Shown piece by piece: positions 46,897 through 57,292 of a stretch of 64,000 bases of DNA. The DNA comes from Bacteroidia bacterium (GTDB lineage: Bacteria; Bacteroidota; Bacteroidia; UKL13-3). Made by a program: the position numbers and the translations under genes. The notes beneath the pieces are model-generated. The model had not been told where the DNA came from and searched no databases. It was given only the letters and a program-made list of their open reading frames with translations. Within the stretch, counting starts at the first letter, position 1, and every line of letters starts with the position of its first letter. The stretch spans positions 53,969-117,968 of the forward strand of contig JBILVK010000001.1 in the NCBI GenBank assembly GCA_044370475.1, given 5' to 3'.

Positions 46897-48069
46897 TTGA
46901 TGATACTCATAAATAAGTACGAACCCATAATCTCCATTGATGAAGCATTTCTTCAATGCGTTCAAGAGCAAGTTGAACTTTCAAAGATATTTGAGTTTAT
47001 TGACCTACCTGAAGGGATAAGAAATATTGAAAAGGTAAATAGTGCTATTCTTAGAAACTATTATGCAAATGCATTGGATAATAATTTATTAGATATAAAG
47101 AGTGTAAAATATCTTGTAAATAAAAATTTGCGTGCCAGCAATTTAGCAGAACGTGGAGTTGAACAATATCAGAAAGCAGAACAATTTATTTCTGAACAAT
47201 TACATGAAGATTTAAGTATAGGTTTACTAGGTCAACTACAAAAAATTATCATCGACGATTTATATCAGAACAACAATGAAATAAATCTTTTTTCGAGCCA
47301 AAGCTCACGCTTGCCAGAAAGACTGAGCATGGAAAGTGAAATTGAATTAGAGAGTTTATTCGAATTCTTAAATAATGATACCGAATTTCACCCTATTCTT
47401 CAAAGTTGGATTCTTCACTTTAGAATTATGTCTTTGCCGCTGTATAGCGAATCAAAATCAAAATTCGCTAGTTTGATGCAATGGTTCTGGCTTAGGAAAA
47501 ATAAAATGGACATGCATGGTTTGATTTGTTTAGAGCACGAAATCTACATCAACAAGCTTACCTACGACCAAATCATAAATAATGCAATACAGGGCGAGGA
47601 AAACGCCTTAAACGAGCAAATAACTTTTGGGTTGCAGTTGCAACAAATGCAATTAGGTAGATTAAAAGACCTATTAAGAAATTATTTTCGCCAGCAAGTA
47701 GATTTTGACAAGCTTAATCCACGCCAGAAAAACATCATGAATTATGTTTTTGAGCGTGGTTATAAATTGAAAGAAATTGATGATTCAATCTTAAATAAGC
47801 GCCAAAAGCTAATCATGTACATCGTACAGCACCGCGGCTTTATTTCTACAAAAGAATTGGTAAATGAATTTGATTGTAACAGAAAAACAATTCAAAGAGA
47901 TTTTCAGTTATTGCTAGATTTAGGATTGGTTAAATCTATTGGCGCAGGTGCAGGTTTGAGATACTGCATAAATCTGCAAGAAAAAGGAAATCCGCTGATG
48001 GAAAAATATCAGGCGGATTTTATTCAACAAAAAAACACAGATGAAGAATTTCTAGAAGACGAACTATAG
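46897..48069 (+). CDS. degenerate Fic-fold protein with C-terminal DeoR-type HTH
   Basis: LFEFLN...HPILQSWILH..; LNKRQKLI...TKEL..EFDCNRKTIQRDFQLL...GLV...GAG.G.RY. Confidence 0.75.
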   Translation: MMILINKYEPIISIDEAFLQCVQEQVELSKIFEFIDLPEGIRNIEKVNSAILRNYYANALDNNLLDIKSVKYLVNKNLRASNLAERGVEQYQKAEQFISEQLHEDLSIGLLGQLQKIIIDDLYQNNNEINLFSSQSSRLPERLSMESEIELESLFEFLNNDTEFHPILQSWILHFRIMSLPLYSESKSKFASLMQWFWLRKNKMDMHGLICLEHEIYINKLTYDQIINNAIQGEENALNEQITFGLQLQQMQLGRLKDLLRNYFRQQVDFDKLNPRQKNIMNYVFERGYKLKEIDDSILNKRQKLIMYIVQHRGFISTKELVNEFDCNRKTIQRDFQLLLDLGLVKSIGAGAGLRYCINLQEKGNPLMEKYQADFIQQKNTDEEFLEDEL

Positions 48070-48078
48070 TTCGTCTTC
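48055..48078. repeat. perfect 24-bp palindrome spanning both convergent stop codons
   Basis: GAAGACGAACTATAGTTCGTCTTC equals its own reverse complement. Confidence 0.95.
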
Positions 48079-48285
48079 ATTATAAAAATAATCTTCATTG
48101 GTAGGATAATCTGGCCAGATTTCCTCAATAGTTTCAAATGGCTCGCCATCATCTTCTAATTCTTGTAAATTTTCTATCACCTCTAATGGTGCTCCAGAGC
48201 GAATGGCATAATCGATTAATTCATCTTTTGTGGCAGGCCATGGTGCATCATCTAGATACGAAGCTAATTCTAATGTCCAGTACAT
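48064..48285 (-). CDS. DUF2795 family protein
   Basis: MYWTLELASYLDDAPWPATKDELIDYAIRSGAPLEV.ENLQ; TAATTTCG upstream at 48308-48315. Confidence 0.92.
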   Translation of the reverse strand: MYWTLELASYLDDAPWPATKDELIDYAIRSGAPLEVIENLQELEDDGEPFETIEEIWPDYPTNEDYFYNEDEL

Positions 48286-48372
48286 AATTTAACTGTTTAA
48301 TTTAACGCGAAATTATAAAAAGGATGGACTTATCAATCAAGTTTTTGTTAAACTACGTTATTTATGTGAAAC

Positions 48373-49431
48373 TTACTGATTTACAAGCCATTCATTTATT
48401 TTGTGTCGTGATACTTTTCCAGAATCAAGCAATGGAAACTGCGGTAAGCATAAAAAACGCTTAGGTACCTTATACTTTAACCCACTTTGGTTCAGACCAT
48501 TTTTGAGCTCATCAAAGAGCTTTTGAGTGATAAGTTTGCTGACAATTAATACCAATTCACTGCCCCATTTTTCATGTGGCAAACTGCTCACAATAACTTG
48601 GCAATCGAGTGGCAGTATACCTGTTTCTAAAATTGCATTCTCGATTTCCTCTGGTGAAATTTTAACACCTCCAGAATTAACAACAAAATCCAATCTTCCT
48701 ATCCATTCAAAGTGATCTTCATTCACCCATTTCGCTAAGTCGTTTGTAACCAATTCCCCCTCTAAAAATGGGGCCTTAATACAAATTTGCTGTGTATCGT
48801 TTATCCTCAAAGAATACGGAGCAATAGCCTTATATCCATCGCTTACTTTTATGTTCTTTAAGGCTACATGCGAAAGCGTTTCCGTCATACCATAACTCTG
48901 AAAGCTATTTACAGGCAATACACTAATTCTTTCTTTCAAATTGTTACTCAAAGAGCTTCCACCTATGAGAACATTTTTGAATCGGTTATATTTTTCTGTA
49001 GAAAACCCCTCATCCATTAATTGCAGCGGAACAAAGGATGCAAAAGTAAATGGGTGTAAAGAACTTATTTTTTCAAACACATTTGAAGCAGGCCTCATTA
49101 AGGTAATTGGACAATCCAATTTAAGAGCCCGTGCAAGCATCATTGCCCCTCCTACAAAATTGGCATCCAAACACAGCAAAATATGCTCTTGCCCCTTTCC
49201 TAATTTAAGTGCATCAATTGTTGCCTGTGCACTTAATTCTAGCGCATGCTTGTTAAAGCTAAATTCCTTTGGAATACCTGTAGAACCGCTGCTTTTGAAT
49301 ATAAAATATTTATCATGAACCCAATTATCCAAAAAAACTTGAATAGCCTTAAGATAGAATTCATCAAAGTGAGCCCCCATGAAATTCTCAAGCGTGTATA
49401 CTTCCTGTTCTATTTGAATTACAAATGGCAT
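48373..49431 (-). CDS. menE: O-succinylbenzoate-CoA ligase, short Bacteroidota type
   Basis: SSGSTG.PK, VPLQ, YGMTETLSH, GR.D.V.NSGG.KI.PE, SGKV; start MPFV. Confidence 0.8.
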   Translation of the reverse strand: MPFVIQIEQEVYTLENFMGAHFDEFYLKAIQVFLDNWVHDKYFIFKSSGSTGIPKEFSFNKHALELSAQATIDALKLGKGQEHILLCLDANFVGGAMMLARALKLDCPITLMRPASNVFEKISSLHPFTFASFVPLQLMDEGFSTEKYNRFKNVLIGGSSLSNNLKERISVLPVNSFQSYGMTETLSHVALKNIKVSDGYKAIAPYSLRINDTQQICIKAPFLEGELVTNDLAKWVNEDHFEWIGRLDFVVNSGGVKISPEEIENAILETGILPLDCQVIVSSLPHEKWGSELVLIVSKLITQKLFDELKNGLNQSGLKYKVPKRFLCLPQFPLLDSGKVSRHKINEWLVNQ

Positions 49432-49435
49432 TTCA

Positions 49436-49443
49436 CAAAGGTA
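49436..49443 (-). promoter_or_regulatory. -7 element of menE (near-leaderless)
   Basis: TACCTTTG-TGAA-ATG on minus strand. Confidence 0.6.
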
Positions 49444-49446
49444 TAT

Positions 49447-49480
49447 AAAAAAGAAAGTCCCGCTAATTAGCGAGACCTTC
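49447..49480 (-). terminator. intrinsic terminator of Reeler-like T9SS gene
   Basis: Minus strand GAAGGTCTCGCTAATTAGCGGGACTTTC-T tract. Confidence 0.7.
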
Positions 49481-49494
49481 AACCCATAAATCAA

Positions 49495-50301
49495 TCAATT
49501 TTTTTGAAGCAATAATTTCCGGTTTATCACCTTCCCATCTAATTCAAGTCTCACAAAATAGATACCATTTGTAAGCTCAGGCAAAGCAACTGTTTCCTCG
49601 CTCTTACCCATGCTAAACTGCTCATTCTTCAATACGCTTACCTCTTTTCCAGTAATATCTAACAAAGATATTTTAACTTCACCTGCACGTTTCAATACAA
49701 ATCCCATATGTAGGTCTGAACCAATTACCAATGGATTTGGATAGATTGATAGATTGCTCAACGTTTCATTTTCTGCTAAACCTGAAGAAATATTCTCATT
49801 TACTTCATAAACCGACTTGCGCACCACATTTCTATTGTTTGCAAAAGCTCCATAAAAGCTAACTGTTCCAGTACCTGCTGCTGGTGCAACCCAAGTAAAA
49901 GTAAATACTGCTGTACTTGATGATATAGGCATGGTATGCGTAATATACTTTAGGCCTACAACTTGGTTTCCAGAACCTGCAGTTATGCTCCCAACCAATG
50001 AGCCATCCAACTTTTGCGGACTCACACACAAACCTTTTTTTCCTGCACCATCTATGGTTGCCGTAATGCTATAGGAAGCCCCAGGAATGTATCCCGCTGC
50101 GGGTATATTGCTACTAAAAATTCCTGTTACACTTGTAGCGGGACCACTGTGGCATCCAGAAGTAGCACAAGTCTTCCCTCCATCTCCAGGCGACCCTGAT
50201 CTTCCATCACTTGGTGCTCCTGTTGGCAATGAATGTAGCCCTTGGAAGCTTAGCATTCCAGTAATAAAAGTGGCAATAATTAGTAAATTTTTTCTTTTCA
50301 T
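49495..50301 (-). CDS. T9SS-secreted Reeler/choice-of-anchor V-like protein
   Basis: GRSGSPGD..TC...CH, GYIPG.SY.IT, THT, FTWVAP...G.V.FY; IYPNP...GIYFVR CTD. Confidence 0.8.
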   Translation of the reverse strand: MKRKNLLIIATFITGMLSFQGLHSLPTGAPSDGRSGSPGDGGKTCATSGCHSGPATSVTGIFSSNIPAAGYIPGASYSITATIDGAGKKGLCVSPQKLDGSLVGSITAGSGNQVVGLKYITHTMPISSSTAVFTFTWVAPAAGTGTVSFYGAFANNRNVVRKSVYEVNENISSGLAENETLSNLSIYPNPLVIGSDLHMGFVLKRAGEVKISLLDITGKEVSVLKNEQFSMGKSEETVALPELTNGIYFVRLELDGKVINRKLLLQKN

Positions 50302-50378
50302 ACGTGCATCATGTATTAATATATATGTGTAGACAAATAATTCCTAAAATGGTTGCAACCCAATTAGTGGCTTTAGAC

Positions 50379-51656
50379 TTATCTCGCTCTTAACCAAGGC
50401 AATGGATTTTGAAACACTTGCTGTTTCCAAACCTCAAAATGCAATCTACTTGTCCCATCCTCCGCATTAATTGCCAACTCACCTATAACATCATCCGTAT
50501 TTACTTCCTGACCAATCTTTACATTTACCGTTTCCAAACGAGCATAAACGGTAAAATACTCACCATGGTTAATCAAAACCACCTTATCAAGACCAGGAAT
50601 TGGAAAAATTCCCTTTACTTTTCCTTTATAAACAGTCTTTACAACAGCACCATTTGAAGAACTTATATCAATGCCGTTGTTGGTTGTAACAACCCCTTTT
50701 AAGGTTGGATGGTTGTGTGCTCCAAAGCTCTGATACAACTGCCCTTTAACTGGCCATGGTAACTTCCCCTTATTACTCACAAAATCACCATTCAACTTTA
50801 AATCAGCATCCGACAAATAGCTGTTTTTTGTGGTTGGAGCAGCTGGTTTATTATTCTTTTTAGCCTCTTTTGCCCGCTTAATTTCTTCTGCCTTTTTAGC
50901 TGCAGCAATCTCTGCACTAATTAAATTATTAATAGATTGATTTAACTTTTTAGCTGCCTTCTCTTGCTCAATAATAGTTTGGCTTAACGACTTTACCTTT
51001 TGTTGAACCTTCCCCAATAAAACACTCTGTTCCTTCTTATCTACAACAAGCTCTTTCTTCTCTTCCTCTTTTATTTTTATTAAGCCAACCTTTTGCCTTT
51101 TTACATCTATAAGTTCATTAAGAGCTAAAATCATTTGATTTTGCGTTTTTAAAATTAGCTGAGCCTGTTGCTGACGGTAAGAACCGTAAGCATTTAGGTA
51201 TTTTAACCTTCTTAATGCTTGGTCAAAACTCTTCGAATCAAAAATAAACAATAGGGCTGAACCAACATCGCGTTTCTTGTATACCGATACCAGATAGTTT
51301 GCATAGTCTAGCTTCAACAATTCAATGTCTGATTTAAGTGACTCTACAAACTTGTGTTGATTCGCAATTTCGATGCTAATTTCAAAGGTCTCTTGAGAAA
51401 CATTTTCAATGACCCTTTCTCTGGTTTGAATTTGAGCGCCAATAACCTCCAATTGTTTAATGGAATTCCTTTCTTCAGACTTCACTTTCTCAAGCTCCTT
51501 CTTATTTCTAGAAATCTGTTCCTGCAAGGCCTTGCGCTGCTGCTCAAGCGCTTTTCTCTTATTGGTAAATTTTTGGGCAAAGGCCAAATTACCAATAAAT
51601 GCTGTTAGTAAAACAACACTAATAAATCTTAACTTTATACGACTTAGGTACAACAA
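50379..51656 (-). CDS. envC: murein hydrolase activator EnvC family (coiled coil + degenerate M23)
   Basis: Long coiled coil; KGKLPWPV.G; NNGIDI; LHFEVW; NPLPWL. Confidence 0.88.
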   Translation of the reverse strand: MLYLSRIKLRFISVVLLTAFIGNLAFAQKFTNKRKALEQQRKALQEQISRNKKELEKVKSEERNSIKQLEVIGAQIQTRERVIENVSQETFEISIEIANQHKFVESLKSDIELLKLDYANYLVSVYKKRDVGSALLFIFDSKSFDQALRRLKYLNAYGSYRQQQAQLILKTQNQMILALNELIDVKRQKVGLIKIKEEEKKELVVDKKEQSVLLGKVQQKVKSLSQTIIEQEKAAKKLNQSINNLISAEIAAAKKAEEIKRAKEAKKNNKPAAPTTKNSYLSDADLKLNGDFVSNKGKLPWPVKGQLYQSFGAHNHPTLKGVVTTNNGIDISSSNGAVVKTVYKGKVKGIFPIPGLDKVVLINHGEYFTVYARLETVNVKIGQEVNTDDVIGELAINAEDGTSRLHFEVWKQQVFQNPLPWLRAR

Positions 51657-52410
51657 ACTGAGGTTCCTTTTTTATGTTTGTTGCGAAGTTGGTGATAGAA
51701 AACTTACATTCTATCTTTTTTTCTCCCTGAATGTTGATTACTATTTCATGTGGATAGGAAAATCCCGAAACATTTTTAAAATCATTAAATTTAACAAGCA
51801 TTTGCTGTGATTTGGCTTGTTCAGATAAAGCTACACTTTGTGCTATATAATTAGCATCATAAGTTGCCTTATGCTTAATTCCTCCCATATCTAATAACAA
51901 AACTAGATATTGAGTCAAACTATCAACACTGGTAACACCCACTTTGGGGTCGTACATAGCATTTGCCCAAGTTAAATTTTGCAATTGCTCAAATCCCATT
52001 GGAGCACTAGAAAAATTACGCAAAAAAGAATACGAAGCAGAAATATATGTTCTATTCACTAAATCCAATATCCTGATAGAATCCGGCTTTATTAAAACCC
52101 TTGCCACATTTACTATTCCGAGTGCTTTAGCATTTAAATAAATGTATTGATCTCTTTTTGCCGATACTTCTATATTTAGGGTAACAGATTGTTTTCCATC
52201 AGCATAATCTGCCTCAGAATTAAACGACAATTCATTACTCCAATTTTTTTGCGATACTACCCTTGCAAACAACAACTCCTCTGCGCTTACGCCCTTAGAA
52301 GCAATCGCTTTCTCTATAGCCTTTGGCTGCTGCCCTGTTACATTCTTCTTAGTTTTACAAGAAAATAAAACAGTACTCAATACCACTAAAATGAAAATAT
52401 AAGCTCTCAT
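51619..52410 (-). CDS. DUF4292-family lipoprotein
   Basis: Lipobox LFSC; ARVLIKPDSI; F.VP..Y end; position between TPR and EnvC. Confidence 0.75.
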   Translation of the reverse strand: MRAYIFILVVLSTVLFSCKTKKNVTGQQPKAIEKAIASKGVSAEELLFARVVSQKNWSNELSFNSEADYADGKQSVTLNIEVSAKRDQYIYLNAKALGIVNVARVLIKPDSIRILDLVNRTYISASYSFLRNFSSAPMGFEQLQNLTWANAMYDPKVGVTSVDSLTQYLVLLLDMGGIKHKATYDANYIAQSVALSEQAKSQQMLVKFNDFKNVSGFSYPHEIVINIQGEKKIECKFSITNFATNIKKEPQFVVPKSYKVKIY

Positions 52411-52418
52411 ACTATAAC

Positions 52419-54110
52419 CTAATTTTTGGGTAAACTTTTATTTTTAATCTTTGCATCAAGTTCATTGCTGGAGCCTCCTAAAACTTTTGCTTTTTTCCAT
52501 TGAACATTGGCATCCTCCACTTCATTTAACCTATATAATATGTCGCCAAAATGCTCAACCACCTCCGCATTATTAGGAGAAAGTTCCAATGACTTTAAAA
52601 TTTGCTTCTTGGCCTCCAAGTACTCGCCTCTCATATATAATATCCAAGCATAAGTGTCAAGATTAGATGGATTCCCTGGATCCAACTCAATGGACCTTTT
52701 GCTCATATTCGCTGCCTTATCCAAATCAACATTTCTTAAAGAAAGAAAATATGCGAAATTGTTTAAGGCCATAGAGTTTGAAGGAGCAATTGATAATACA
52801 GCCTCAAAGGCACTATCAGATGTTTCAAATTTGCCTGCATAATGAGCCATATCACCCAATGAACTAAGCATTTGAATTAACATGGTTTCATCCGATGCCA
52901 TGCTAACACCCAATTGCGCAAAACCCAATCCTACTTGATATACCTTTAATTGCCTACATGCCACACCGTGCAAAAGGTAGGCTGTTGGATAATCAGGAAA
53001 CAATGGCATAATTTTTTCGCAATCTTCCTTCATCCAATCATACCTCAATAACTGTTGATCACAGAATAATATTTGGTCCCAAGCCAATAGATAATTAGCA
53101 GATTTCGACACCGCTTGCAAATAATAAGCACGGGCCTCTTCGGTCTTTTTTTCTTGTAGCAATAAATCACCATAAAAAACATAAGGCTCAACTGCCTCTG
53201 GATTTGCTTGCAAAAAAGCTTCGTTCAATGCTTGGCATTTTTCTTTTTGGTCCGAACCAAAGTAATTGCTGGGATATAATCTAGCTAATACTTGCATCTT
53301 AAACTTAGGCTCTAGGTTAGATTTCATTCCAAGGAGCAATTGCTCAAAACAAGCTTGTGTGTCGCCTACTTCTTGATAATATTCTGCAATAGAAAAAGCT
53401 GCAAACCCATTTAAAGAATCAGCCTTTTGAATTTCTTGATAAATTTTTAATGCCTCTTTTTGCTTATTGCTATTCATGTACAAATCGGCAAGAATTCCTT
53501 TATAATTCAATTGGGTTGGGTAGGCATTACAAAGCTTCTCAATCTCAGATGTAGCCGCTTTAATATCTCCCTTACTCAAATAAATTTCTTCCTTTTGCCT
53601 ACTTACATTTTCTGTAACTCCCTGTTGTTTTTCGTACCTATTTAGAGCAGAAATGGCCTTTTCTGGCTTTTTATTGAGTATCCATAGATTGGCAATTTCT
53701 AATAAATAATGTGCATCCTTGGTTTTTTTGTAGGCCATTTCGCACTTGCTTATGGCATCCTCATAACGTTGATTGGATTTATATAATTCTATTAAAAACT
53801 TTGCATACCAATCATTACTTGGTTCAAGTTTAAATGCCCTCTCAGCTTCATCAATTGCCTCCTCACCATGCTTGGTAGACAATAATACAGTTGCCAATTG
53901 GTAATGAACATTCGCATTATTTGGTTCAAGCTTAATTGCCTCCTTAAATTCAAAAATGGCTTCGTCATAATTTTTAATCATTTTTTCCTTCATTCCAGCA
54001 AAAAAGCGCTTATCGAACTCCATTTTCTGGCGCTCTTTAATAACTTCCTTAGTGGGTTGAGAAAAAACAACTAATGGAAACAGTAAAAATACAAGTAATT
54101 TAACCTTCAT
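52419..54110 (-). CDS. exported TPR protein
   Basis: TPR arrays; ALNNFAYFL, LDTYAWILY, EHFGDIL; start MKVKLL. Confidence 0.88.
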   Translation of the reverse strand: MKVKLLVFLLFPLVVFSQPTKEVIKERQKMEFDKRFFAGMKEKMIKNYDEAIFEFKEAIKLEPNNANVHYQLATVLLSTKHGEEAIDEAERAFKLEPSNDWYAKFLIELYKSNQRYEDAISKCEMAYKKTKDAHYLLEIANLWILNKKPEKAISALNRYEKQQGVTENVSRQKEEIYLSKGDIKAATSEIEKLCNAYPTQLNYKGILADLYMNSNKQKEALKIYQEIQKADSLNGFAAFSIAEYYQEVGDTQACFEQLLLGMKSNLEPKFKMQVLARLYPSNYFGSDQKEKCQALNEAFLQANPEAVEPYVFYGDLLLQEKKTEEARAYYLQAVSKSANYLLAWDQILFCDQQLLRYDWMKEDCEKIMPLFPDYPTAYLLHGVACRQLKVYQVGLGFAQLGVSMASDETMLIQMLSSLGDMAHYAGKFETSDSAFEAVLSIAPSNSMALNNFAYFLSLRNVDLDKAANMSKRSIELDPGNPSNLDTYAWILYMRGEYLEAKKQILKSLELSPNNAEVVEHFGDILYRLNEVEDANVQWKKAKVLGGSSNELDAKIKNKSLPKN

Positions 54111-54171
54111 ACCTCTCAAACAAAGGTTATCGCAAGAATACCTAATAAGATTATTGAATAGCAATTTCAAA

Positions 54172-55182
54172 CTATAAAATAGTGGTAAAATCGCCCACAC
54201 TTAAATCTTTTGCTTCACCCTTGTAGTGCACATGACTTCCAATCATGGCATTATCAATAACCGCATGTTTTATGCTGGTATGAGTTTGTATAATGCAATT
54301 CCCCACAACAGAGTTCTCAATGGTACAATTATCACCAATAGAGGCGTGTGGCCCCACAATACTTCTCTTAATCTTTACATTTTTACCAATATATGAAGGT
54401 TGAATGATAAGAGAATTCTCAGTTTCTACTGTTTCATGAACCATCTTTTCATTGGCTGCATGCATATGATGTAGAATTCTTGAATTTGTAAATACTGTTG
54501 AATTCTTGTTACCACAATCTAACCATTCTGTAACCTGACCAGGCTCAAAATTAGTGCCTTTTTGCTTCATGTTTTCCAAAGCATTTGTTAATTGGTATTC
54601 GCCTTTTTCACGAATATCATTGTCTAACAAATATTGGAGTTCACTGCGCAAATAAGCCCCATCTTTAAAGTAATAGATGCCAATGATTGCAAGGTCTGAA
54701 ACAAAATGTTCTGGCTTTTCAACAAAATCTGTAATGACGTTTTTCTCATTCACTTTAACAACACCAAAGGGTCTTGGATCATCCACCTTTTGAACCCAAA
54801 TAATACCGTCTTTCTCTCTATCAAGTGTAAAATCAGCTTTGAATAAAGTATCGGCAAAAACTACCAATACATTTCCATCCAAACTCTCCTTGGCACACAT
54901 AATGGCATGAGCAGTTCCAAGCGGTTCTTCTTGGTAATAAATACTTCCTTTAGCACCAAGTTTCTCTGCAACACTTACCAATTCCTTTTCAACAGTTGCT
55001 CCAAAAGTTGGCCCAATAATAAATGCTACTTCCTCTATTCCTGTGCCACAAACTTTGGCTAAATCTTCAATTATCTTTTGAACAATAGGCTTTCCTGCAA
55101 CAGGAATAAGTGGTTTAGGAACTGTGAGTGTGTGGGGTCTCATACGCTTACCCATACCTGCCATTGGTACTATTATTTTCAT
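54172..55182 (-). CDS. sugar-phosphate nucleotidyltransferase (RmlA-like with C-terminal beta-helix)
   Basis: PMAGMGKRMRPHT..PKPL, PLGTAHA, FGVV, EKP, GEYQLT, WLDCG. Confidence 0.9.
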   Translation of the reverse strand: MKIIVPMAGMGKRMRPHTLTVPKPLIPVAGKPIVQKIIEDLAKVCGTGIEEVAFIIGPTFGATVEKELVSVAEKLGAKGSIYYQEEPLGTAHAIMCAKESLDGNVLVVFADTLFKADFTLDREKDGIIWVQKVDDPRPFGVVKVNEKNVITDFVEKPEHFVSDLAIIGIYYFKDGAYLRSELQYLLDNDIREKGEYQLTNALENMKQKGTNFEPGQVTEWLDCGNKNSTVFTNSRILHHMHAANEKMVHETVETENSLIIQPSYIGKNVKIKRSIVGPHASIGDNCTIENSVVGNCIIQTHTSIKHAVIDNAMIGSHVHYKGEAKDLSVGDFTTIL

Positions 55183-55286
55183 GTTAAAAAAATTTTACGA
55201 GTTTAAAATCAAATTATTGGAACGCAACCTAATACAAACACCTAAATTTTCAAAGCAAGAATAATTGGCAAAATAATTTCCTGTTT

Positions 55287-55718
55287 TTAGGACCCAGTGC
55301 TTCCATATCCACCTGTACCTCTGTTAGTTTCACTCAAACTTGCCACAAGTTCCCAATCAATTTGTTCATGTTTGGCCAATACCATTTGGGCAATTCTATC
55401 TCCAGAATTAATCTCAAATGCAGAATCGCCATGATTAATCAACAATACCTTTACTTCTCCTCTATAATCAGCATCAATGGTTCCTGGACTATTTAACACG
55501 GTTATTCCATGCTTAAATGCCAAGCCACTTCTAGGTCTAATTTGAATCTCAAATCCAATTGGAATTTCTACAAATAATCCAGTTGAAACAAGGGCTCTTT
55601 TTCCTGGCTCAATGCTAATTTTTTCATCCAAAAAAGCCATCAAATCAATGCCAGCAGCGTGTTGCGTTTGATAGCTAGGCAATGGGTTATTTGATTGATT
55701 TATGATTTTAACTATCAT
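55287..55718 (-). CDS. dut: dUTP diphosphatase
   Basis: [42 protein letters not shown]. Confidence 0.98.
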   Translation of the reverse strand: MIVKIINQSNNPLPSYQTQHAAGIDLMAFLDEKISIEPGKRALVSTGLFVEIPIGFEIQIRPRSGLAFKHGITVLNSPGTIDADYRGEVKVLLINHGDSAFEINSGDRIAQMVLAKHEQIDWELVASLSETNRGTGGYGSTGS

Positions 55719-57190
55719 TTGGTAATTTTAAAAAGTGCCACTTTTCTCATCTCTAATAAATATGCCAACATCATAAAAGTAAACAACAACAATGCTCTTA
55801 ATGCAAAACCAGCTATCGTATCTACCTCCACAAAATTAACAGAGTATTGAACGAGCAAATATAAGCCAAGAGCAACAGTTAAATAAACAAATGCCCTATT
55901 TAAATTATACGGAATAGGATAATATTTCTGTCCCCAAACATACCCTAGAACCATCATAAATAAATAGCAAATAAAGGTAGTCCATGCGCATCCCATATAC
56001 CCAATTCTTGGAATCAAAATTAAATTCAGCACAATGGTTATGATAGCCCCCAATATGGATATTTGAGCCCCTTTTTTGGTCTGATCCGACAACTTATACC
56101 AAATAGACACATTGTAATAAATACCGAGAAAAATATTCGCAAACAACAATATAGGAACTACAGCCAATCCCTCATGAAATTTATCATCAATAAAGTGCTT
56201 AAAATAATGCAAATAAAACATCACCAAAAGGAAAACAAAAAGACAAATCCAAATAAAGTAATTCATTACTTTCACATAGATATCCTTCTTCTCAGTTGTT
56301 TTAGAATGTGCAAAGAAAAAAGGTTCGGCAGCAAATTTAAAAGCCTGAATAAATAACGTGATAATAATAGACAATTTATAATTCGCGCCATAAATACCAT
56401 TCATGGCCTGAGCCTCGTTGGGATTTGGCCATACATACCTCAAAATGGCCCTATCTAATGTTTCATTTATCATTCCTGCTAGTCCAACCCAAATCATAGG
56501 CACAGCATAGGCAAACATACGACGCCACTGTTGATATTGAAACATGAAACCTGTGCTAAAAATCTCTTTGCTCAGTAATAAGGCAGTAATCATACTTGCA
56601 AGCAAATTGGATACAAACACACTTGTAATTCCCATTGCAGGATCATAGAAAGGCAAGATGATTTGATGAGCAGATTGATAGTAAGGTGCCAGTAACAAAA
56701 AATACAAATTCAATCCTATTAAAAGCAGAATATTCGTATTTTTAATTAAGGCAAATCTTAAGGGTTTGTTTTGAAACCTAAGCAAGGCAAAAGGAATAGC
56801 AGACAAAGCATCAAAAAACAGAATTCCAACAGTGAGGTATACAAACTCTGGATTATCTCCATAGCCCATGAAATTTGCAATCTGTTGCCCAAAACCAAGA
56901 AATAAAATCAAAAATGTACCAGCCACCCCTAAAACAGAAACCAAAGCATTTGAAAAGACATCCTTGCTATTCTCTTTCTCAGCAAATCTGAAAAAAGCCG
57001 TTTCCATGCCATGGGTAAGTAGGATATTAAAAAATGAAATGTAAGCATAAAACTCTGTGTTAATTCCATACTCAATTTGTGTAAAAACACTTGTGTATAG
57101 CGGTACCAGCAGAAAGTAGAAGAACCTTCCTAAAATTGTACTAAGGCCATAAATGGCTGTTTGTCCAGCAAGTTTTTTTAGTGCGCTCAA
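55715..57190 (-). CDS. MOP-superfamily oligosaccharide flippase (Wzx-like)
   Basis: [45 protein letters not shown]; many TMs. Confidence 0.88.
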   Translation of the reverse strand: MSALKKLAGQTAIYGLSTILGRFFYFLLVPLYTSVFTQIEYGINTEFYAYISFFNILLTHGMETAFFRFAEKENSKDVFSNALVSVLGVAGTFLILFLGFGQQIANFMGYGDNPEFVYLTVGILFFDALSAIPFALLRFQNKPLRFALIKNTNILLLIGLNLYFLLLAPYYQSAHQIILPFYDPAMGITSVFVSNLLASMITALLLSKEIFSTGFMFQYQQWRRMFAYAVPMIWVGLAGMINETLDRAILRYVWPNPNEAQAMNGIYGANYKLSIIITLFIQAFKFAAEPFFFAHSKTTEKKDIYVKVMNYFIWICLFVFLLVMFYLHYFKHFIDDKFHEGLAVVPILLFANIFLGIYYNVSIWYKLSDQTKKGAQISILGAIITIVLNLILIPRIGYMGCAWTTFICYLFMMVLGYVWGQKYYPIPYNLNRAFVYLTVALGLYLLVQYSVNFVEVDTIAGFALRALLLFTFMMLAYLLEMRKVALFKITK

Positions 57191-57292
57191 GAGAATACAA
57201 TAATATGAAATTTTGTTCTTTCATTTGCGTTAATATTAAGACATAACAGCAGAATGCTATTCAATTACCTATTTTCGTTCATTATTGCGCTC

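Noticed and set aside
50379-50760. Missing zinc ligands in the M23 domain (NNGID, RLH)
   Set aside because: Expected for EnvC-type activators; not novel
50379-57190. flippase-dut-nucleotidyltransferase-TPR-DUF4292-envC cluster as a novel system
   Set aside because: A commonly seen Bacteroidota gene order; nothing unusual in this copy
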